DNA of 58,976 nt from Candidatus Woesearchaeota archaeon. Its GTDB lineage: Archaea > Nanobdellota > Nanobdellia > Pacearchaeales > GW2011-AR1. Under the pieces are notes generated by a model that saw only the letters and a program-made list of their open reading frames with translations, was not told the DNA's origin and did no database searches. Numbering within the stretch: the first letter of the stretch is position 1; each line of letters opens with the position of its first letter. Where the stretch lies: the NCBI GenBank assembly GCA_964406515.1, contig CAYORV010000003.1:1-58976 (forward strand), in the 5' to 3' direction. Shown here piece after piece: positions 53,992 to 58,976 of this stretch. The position numbers were made by a program, and so were the translations under genes.

Positions 53992-54918
53992 TCACGCAAG
54001 TGTTTGGATATCTGCGCAATTGAATGTTTTAAATACGTCTGAGTTAACTTCGACAAGTGTTGGTCTAAGATACTCATTCCCAGATTCTCCTTTACGGGTT
54101 GTTCCAACATAACCTCCCCCAATTCCTCCAGCAGTTGCACTGGAAACAGCAAAAATTATTGAAGGAATAGCTCCAAGTGAAGTAAATCCAGTTGCTGGAG
54201 AGGCTACTATCGCTGCAATTATTCCGGCAGTTCCCCCTGCAATAACTGTGCCCACTACCACCCATTTTGAAACACTAACATCATTATAAACCCCCATCAT
54301 CACATAATAACGATTGTCAAGATCTATTTTTCCAAATTCAGAACCTTCTTCTGCAAGAGTCTGTTCAATTACCGAAACTTGTTCAATTTCTTGAAGATAT
54401 TCTAAATAATTAATTTCTTTTCCAGAAACATTATTATTTGCCATATAATCATAAAATTCCCTTTGATTAATTTCTCTATTCTCAAAAAAATCTTCATCTA
54501 TACTGTCATCAAAAGCAATTTGTGAACAAAGAGAACAATGAAGTCTCTGTGTTAGTTTTTTTCCAACATAATTTATTTTTCCTTCACCAAACATCCACCA
54601 ACAATCAGCCATCTCATTTGCTAAAACTTCATACACCTCATCTTTATCTTTAACTTTTTCAATTTCTGGTTGAGTCATACTCTCACAAGTTCCGTCTTTT
54701 GTTAAACAAACATAACTAGTTTTGCAATTCAATGCCACTGTCTCTTCTGGCAATGCAGTATTGCCTTTCATTACAACAGAGTTATGGCAAACTTCATCCT
54801 CTGTTGTTTTTCCAAGATTTAATCTAAAAAGAAAAAATAAAATTATCGCAAAACTTACTATAAGAACAATCAACATAACTATTTGCTGCGTTGTCAATTC
54901 TCCTTTTTTATTTTTCAT
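53992..54918 (-). CDS. Large pilin-like protein, Cys-rich, with a Gly/Ala-rich hydrophobic segment
   Basis: MKNKKG|ELTTQQIVML; ADCWWMFG; GTVIAGGTAG...TAGGIGGG. Confidence 0.78.
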   Translation of the reverse strand: MKNKKGELTTQQIVMLIVLIVSFAIILFFLFRLNLGKTTEDEVCHNSVVMKGNTALPEETVALNCKTSYVCLTKDGTCESMTQPEIEKVKDKDEVYEVLANEMADCWWMFGEGKINYVGKKLTQRLHCSLCSQIAFDDSIDEDFFENREINQREFYDYMANNNVSGKEINYLEYLQEIEQVSVIEQTLAEEGSEFGKIDLDNRYYVMMGVYNDVSVSKWVVVGTVIAGGTAGIIAAIVASPATGFTSLGAIPSIIFAVSSATAGGIGGGYVGTTRKGESGNEYLRPTLVEVNSDVFKTFNCADIQTLA

Positions 54919-54967
54919 TATGTAAAACTCCTGTTTTATATTTTGAATGAATTTCCTGTTTATTCAT
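54919..54967. repeat. 49-bp element, copy 2
   Basis: Matches 52649-52697; abuts the start codon at 54918. Confidence 0.88.
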
Positions 54968-55065
54968 AAAATTCCCACCTTTTTTAACATAAAATAAAGT
55001 CCAGTAAGCACTAAACCAAAAAAGATTACCCATGCTAAATATTTTATCATTTCATCAAGATTCAT
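54964..55065 (-). CDS. 33-aa single-TM peptide (leaderless pilin-like)
   Basis: Manual translation MNLDEMIKYLAWVIFFGLVLTGLYFMLKKVGIL; ATGA-coupled to the upstream gene. Confidence 0.55.
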   Translation of the reverse strand: MNLDEMIKYLAWVIFFGLVLTGLYFMLKKVGIL

Positions 55066-55556
55066 TTTTTAGATATCTCAATCAAATCATTTACTTTTTT
55101 TATCACTACAAAAGTATCAGTTCCCTTAATCTCAATCTTCTCAAACTCCTTCAAATTCTCAACAATTCCACAAACCCCTTTTTCATTGCAAGCTTTTGCT
55201 TGTCTATCCTTTACCCACAGAATATTATTTTGTTTAATATTTTTACAGATACATAAACAATTTTCTCCTGCACAAGCATTTGGTTTTACTTCATTATCCG
55301 TAAAACTCATCAAACTCCAACCAGAAGGATTTTGGACATGACTTTCTTTTTCCACACCATTTTGATTTACCATCACAATCTTTCCCATAATTCCCTCATC
55401 GCCATTTAAACTTACTTCAGCTTTGGCTAATTTCTGTCCATTAATATTATTAAAATATAAACTAGTCAAAAAATAAACCAAAAACCCAATGCTGATTACA
55501 GCGATAACAATTTTCAAAGTTTCTGATGCAAGCAACATGCCTTTTTTAGTTCTCAT
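55062..55556 (-). CDS. Pilin-like protein, class III signal, CLCIC motif
   Basis: MRTKKG|MLLASETLKIVIAV; start 55556 preferred over 55628. Confidence 0.78.
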   Translation of the reverse strand: MRTKKGMLLASETLKIVIAVISIGFLVYFLTSLYFNNINGQKLAKAEVSLNGDEGIMGKIVMVNQNGVEKESHVQNPSGWSLMSFTDNEVKPNACAGENCLCICKNIKQNNILWVKDRQAKACNEKGVCGIVENLKEFEKIEIKGTDTFVVIKKVNDLIEISKK

Positions 55557-55926
55557 TGGTATTTGTCGGGTTACATTGACCTTGTTTAAACAATCCCTTA
55601 AATCCTGTCGGCGGAGGAACATATTCACATCCTCTACCCCAATAATTTAATTCTTGACTTATACTCTCACACCTATCTTCATTGCAGGGCTTAAACAATC
55701 CTCCCTTACAATCTTCACATAATCTCTCAGGTTCTCTTTCTTCCTCTTGCTGTTCTGATTCTTCAGTAACTCCTGGCTGAACTCCTTCTTCCTCTTCTCC
55801 AGGAAGGTTTTTGAAAAAATCAATTATAGTATCCTTAAAAAATAAAAAAACTCCCCCAATTACAACAACCACTACAAAAATTCCTAAAATAATTTTTATC
55901 AATTGACTTGTAGTTAGTTGCGCCAC
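55546..55926 (-). CDS. Pilin-like membrane protein lacking a basic leader, Cys-rich tail
   Basis: GTG start, AQLTTSQLIKIILG resembles the mature N-terminus ELTTQQIV of the 308-aa protein. Confidence 0.7.
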   Translation of the reverse strand: MAQLTTSQLIKIILGIFVVVVVIGGVFLFFKDTIIDFFKNLPGEEEEGVQPGVTEESEQQEEEREPERLCEDCKGGLFKPCNEDRCESISQELNYWGRGCEYVPPPTGFKGLFKQGQCNPTNTNEN

Positions 55927-56078
55927 TATCCTCTTCCTCCAAGCAAATTTTTAATTTGATCTATCAGCGAAAATCCTTTACCTTTCAACAGAAAAATAGT
56001 AATCATTAAAATTGCTAGCACTGCTAATCCAATTAATAACCACGGCAGATAATCTGAAACAACCCCTTTTTTATTCAT
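55926..56078 (-). CDS. 50-aa Flp-sized pilin-like protein
   Basis: Manual translation MNKKG|VVSDYLPWLLIGLAVLAILMITIFLLKGKGFSLIDQIKNLLGGRG. Confidence 0.7.
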   Translation of the reverse strand: MNKKGVVSDYLPWLLIGLAVLAILMITIFLLKGKGFSLIDQIKNLLGGRG

Positions 56079-56109
56079 AAATAGAAAAAAGAAAGATGAT
56101 TAATAAATA

Positions 56110-58269
56110 TTACCCTAAATTCCCTAACACCACAGAAGTTAAAATAAACAACGCCAATGTTGCAAGTAAAGCTGTAATTAAATACAACACAATTCCTTTT
56201 TTCAAATTAATTCCTATTTTGCTTGTCTTTTCAAGTTTATCTTCTCCAGAATCAATTGTTACTAAAGTTCCAGTTAAGATGAAAATTATTTGAATAAGAT
56301 AAATTCCAATAGCAATTTGTAAGAAATACGGAGGAATCATTTCTACTAAACTAAATATATTTGAAAGTGTATCAAGATTTCCCAATCCAGAAACATCTCC
56401 TCCAGACAATTCTGCGAGATTTAATTTACTTAATATTGAAGTAATCATTGCAGCTAAACCAATAACAATTCCTGAAAGCAACGGAGCAAGGAAAGTCATA
56501 TTACTTTTCATATCAGAAACAATTTCTGCAAGCATATCCTTAAGCCGATTAGTTATTTTCTGTATATTCTTAATATACTCTGAAATACTCATCAAACTTA
56601 CTGCAGCAATCCTTAATCCTTTTTTTGCTGATTCTATTAAAATTCTCATGCTCGTAGCAATCAAATTAGAAGGATAATAAGCAATTGCTCCCCTCTTCTT
56701 ATCAAATATTGCTTTCTCAACACTCATTCCCCCTTGCATAATATTATAATTTACTCTCTTAAAAAAATCCGCAGTCTTCAACCCTTTAGAAGATTCAGCA
56801 ACTCTTCCAAAAGCTAATTCTGGAGGCGTACCGTTTCCAATCCTATTTCCTAACTGAAAAAGAGAATTATTAAATTCTTTTTCAAGTTGTTTTGTTTTTT
56901 GTCTTTCTTTAATTAAATTAACAGTCCTACCTTTAAACGATATTACAAAAAACAATGCTAATCCTAGGGGGATAAACATTCCCAAAATTAAAGAGCCAAT
57001 CCCAAAAGGTCCGGCAAGTCCTGTGGAAGTTTCTATGAATCCAAAAATTGCTTCTTCTCCAAAAAATCCCAATCCCAATTCAGCAAAAGTATAATCTGGT
57101 TTTAATCCTACCAAACTTGGTAAAGAAGTATACTGAAAAATCAAAGGTAAAAAACCAATCAACAAAAATGGAAGACAAATCAAAAACGCTTTTGTATAAT
57201 GTTTCTTACTTTTATATTCTGGATAAAGAGGATTCCTTTCCAACAACTTTGTTTCTCCATATCCTCCTGGTCTTAATAACAAAACTTTATCTGTAAGATA
57301 AAAAACCATAAAAGGAATAACAAGATTAAACAAAATAAAAACATGATACCACTTAAGATACTCGCCAATCATTGCAGAAGCAAGAGGCAACAATGCCAAA
57401 GCCAGTGTCGGCAAAACAACTCCCAACATATAAACATTAGTTAAAGGACTCCGAACATCATGAGTAAACTTCAACATCTTATCATAAACCCCTTCCAACA
57501 CAACTTGCAATGCTTTCTCAAGTGTTAAAATTCTCTTTGCATTATCTGGCTCAAATAAACTACTTTCAATTAAATGAAATGCTTCAACAAATTCAATAGA
57601 ATAATCTTTCCAAGTCTCAAGATAATTATCTAAACTCTCTTTAATTGTGGAAAATTTCCTTACTTCAACATCATAAAAAACTTTTCTAAAATCCAATGCC
57701 AGAGGGGGTTGTAAATGTTGTGAAGCAAAAGCAACAGCTCTTTCTAAATTAGGAGTGTGTCTCATATAAACTACAAGATATAATATTGCTGGAACCATCT
57801 GAGAAGACGCCTTCAGACGCCACTTGTTTGCTAATCTTCTTGGATAACCATTAACAAAATAAAATAGAAAAATAGAAAAAACAGTTATTAAGATAAAAAA
57901 TAGAAAAGGAAAACCTGCAAGACTTCCTTTAATCAATGTTATTGCAACAGAAATTATCAAACCAATTAAAAAAACACTAAGAAAACTCATCACACTTAGA
58001 GTCATTGCTTGCCAAGGTTCAACTTCTAAATGTGCTATCTCTAAATGCTTCTTTATTTTATCCTCATCCTTTTTAGAAATCTTAAGCTTAATCACATTTC
58101 CTAAACTATGGCACCATTTTTCATATTTATTGAGTTCTGGCGCCATTTCTTTCTTAAATTGAATATACGTTTGACTATAATCAATATTTTTAGGTGCAGC
58201 ATTAATTTGATTTTCTATTTTTGCACCATGTTTCTTAAGAACTTCATCAACAGTTGGTTTTCTTGGCAT
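56110..58269 (-). CDS. Type IV pilus/T2SS-F (TadB/TadC-like) membrane platform protein, double domain
   Basis: Two cytoplasmic-plus-TM modules (YLVVYMRHTPNLERA; LFQLGNRIGNGTPPELA); genomic context. Confidence 0.72.
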   Translation of the reverse strand: MPRKPTVDEVLKKHGAKIENQINAAPKNIDYSQTYIQFKKEMAPELNKYEKWCHSLGNVIKLKISKKDEDKIKKHLEIAHLEVEPWQAMTLSVMSFLSVFLIGLIISVAITLIKGSLAGFPFLFFILITVFSIFLFYFVNGYPRRLANKWRLKASSQMVPAILYLVVYMRHTPNLERAVAFASQHLQPPLALDFRKVFYDVEVRKFSTIKESLDNYLETWKDYSIEFVEAFHLIESSLFEPDNAKRILTLEKALQVVLEGVYDKMLKFTHDVRSPLTNVYMLGVVLPTLALALLPLASAMIGEYLKWYHVFILFNLVIPFMVFYLTDKVLLLRPGGYGETKLLERNPLYPEYKSKKHYTKAFLICLPFLLIGFLPLIFQYTSLPSLVGLKPDYTFAELGLGFFGEEAIFGFIETSTGLAGPFGIGSLILGMFIPLGLALFFVISFKGRTVNLIKERQKTKQLEKEFNNSLFQLGNRIGNGTPPELAFGRVAESSKGLKTADFFKRVNYNIMQGGMSVEKAIFDKKRGAIAYYPSNLIATSMRILIESAKKGLRIAAVSLMSISEYIKNIQKITNRLKDMLAEIVSDMKSNMTFLAPLLSGIVIGLAAMITSILSKLNLAELSGGDVSGLGNLDTLSNIFSLVEMIPPYFLQIAIGIYLIQIIFILTGTLVTIDSGEDKLEKTSKIGINLKKGIVLYLITALLATLALFILTSVVLGNLG

Positions 58270-58349
58270 ATTCTCCCTCTTTATATAAGAGAAATAAAAA
58301 CAGAATTAATAAATGTTTAGAATTATAATGTAGCTTTATGTATGATTCT

Positions 58350-58370
58350 AAAGTCGCCGAAGGTGACTTT
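58350..58370. terminator. Intergenic hairpin (terminator or palindromic element)
   Basis: AAAGTCGCC-GAA-GGTGACTTT. Confidence 0.3.
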
Positions 58371-58377
58371 GATAGAA

Positions 58378-58710
58378 TTATTTCTTATTTTTCTCTAAAG
58401 CTTTGAAAAATTTTCTTGCACCAAACATAACTAAGATGGCTGCGATAAGCACTACAATCGGACGAATAATCCAAAGACCAAGAAGTTTTTCTTGATCAGA
58501 ACTTGAATTAAGGAAAACCCCCATCATGATTCCAAGGGCAATATTAATAATTACAGAACCTAATACCAATAAAATAGCTACTCTAAATTCTTTATCTAAT
58601 TTAATTATAGCTCTCAAAAATACAACCAATGCATAAATTAAAATTGCTACTGCAATAATCTCAACCTGCCATGCAAAAGTTATCCAGCTTACCATCCTCT
58701 TAAAAATCAA
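58378..58710 (-). CDS. Three-TM membrane protein
   Basis: Three hydrophobic segments. Confidence 0.65.
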   Translation of the reverse strand: MIFKRMVSWITFAWQVEIIAVAILIYALVVFLRAIIKLDKEFRVAILLVLGSVIINIALGIMMGVFLNSSSDQEKLLGLWIIRPIVVLIAAILVMFGARKFFKALEKNKK

Positions 58711-58735
58711 AAGAAAAATAAGTTAATAAATGTTT

Positions 58736-58975
58736 TCACACTCTTTTCTTCTTAATCTCACTATTGAGCCAATACTGCCATTCTGGAAAAACTCTCTCAC
58801 TCATCGGCAATCCAATTTCTTCCCGAATTTTATCAGATATCTCATGAAACGCATGATTAGAAAGCATATTAAATTTCGCTTCGAGCAAATCATTATTCCC
58901 TATTTTTTCTGCAACATCCACTAATTCTTTTTTTATCTTTCCCCTTAATAAAATATTATCATAAACAGCATCCCA
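58736..58975 (-). CDS. 3' end of an upstream gene, possibly the pilus assembly (TadA/VirB11-like) ATPase
   Basis: Frame open to the window edge (WDAVYDNILLRGKIKKELVDVAE...); identity inferred from context only. Confidence 0.4.
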   Translation of the reverse strand, partial: WDAVYDNILLRGKIKKELVDVAEKIGNNDLLEAKFNMLSNHAFHEISDKIREEIGLPMSERVFPEWQYWLNSEIKKKRV

Positions 58976-58976
58976 A

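Noticed and set aside
55557-55628. Longer N-termini given by the ORF track (also 35600-35734 and 26288-26380)
   Set aside because: They overlap upstream genes or an insert; downstream ATGs give the family-typical starts
55900-55945. Programmed frameshift or readthrough joining ...GGRG* to AQLTT... to supply a pilin leader
   Set aside because: A one-base TAG/GTG overlap with upstream GGAGG is adequately explained by translational coupling; no slippery site seen

Overview
AT-rich archaeal chromosomal DNA. The TFB, RadA, aIF2alpha, GINS, SRP54/FtsY, eS/eL ribosomal proteins and tRNA-splicing endonuclease, the reduced proteins and the many class III signal peptides point to a DPANN lineage, most likely Pacearchaeota-like (inference). 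It carries housekeeping genes, six tRNAs (one with an intron), a 12-gene metal/Fe-S cluster (DUF5320, DUF134, NifB/NifX, CDF, DtxR) and a Tad/type IV pilus-like locus with about ten pilin-like genes. There is also an operon of a small RHH-like gene, a 611-aa pilin-signal protein and a 2307-aa secreted protein ending in an NlpC/P60-like Cys/His hydrolase domain. The most unusual signals are: (i) this giant putative hydrolase-carrying surface protein together with the pilin array; (ii) several families of short hairpin elements beside duplicated tRNA ends (two inserted at the same tRNA position), in tandem, between pilin genes and apparently in frame inside RadA and Bud32, with no transposase or integrase in the window; (iii) an ATPase gene flanked by a duplicated, synonymously recoded ybjQ 3' end. 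All calls come from reading motifs by eye; no searches were run.
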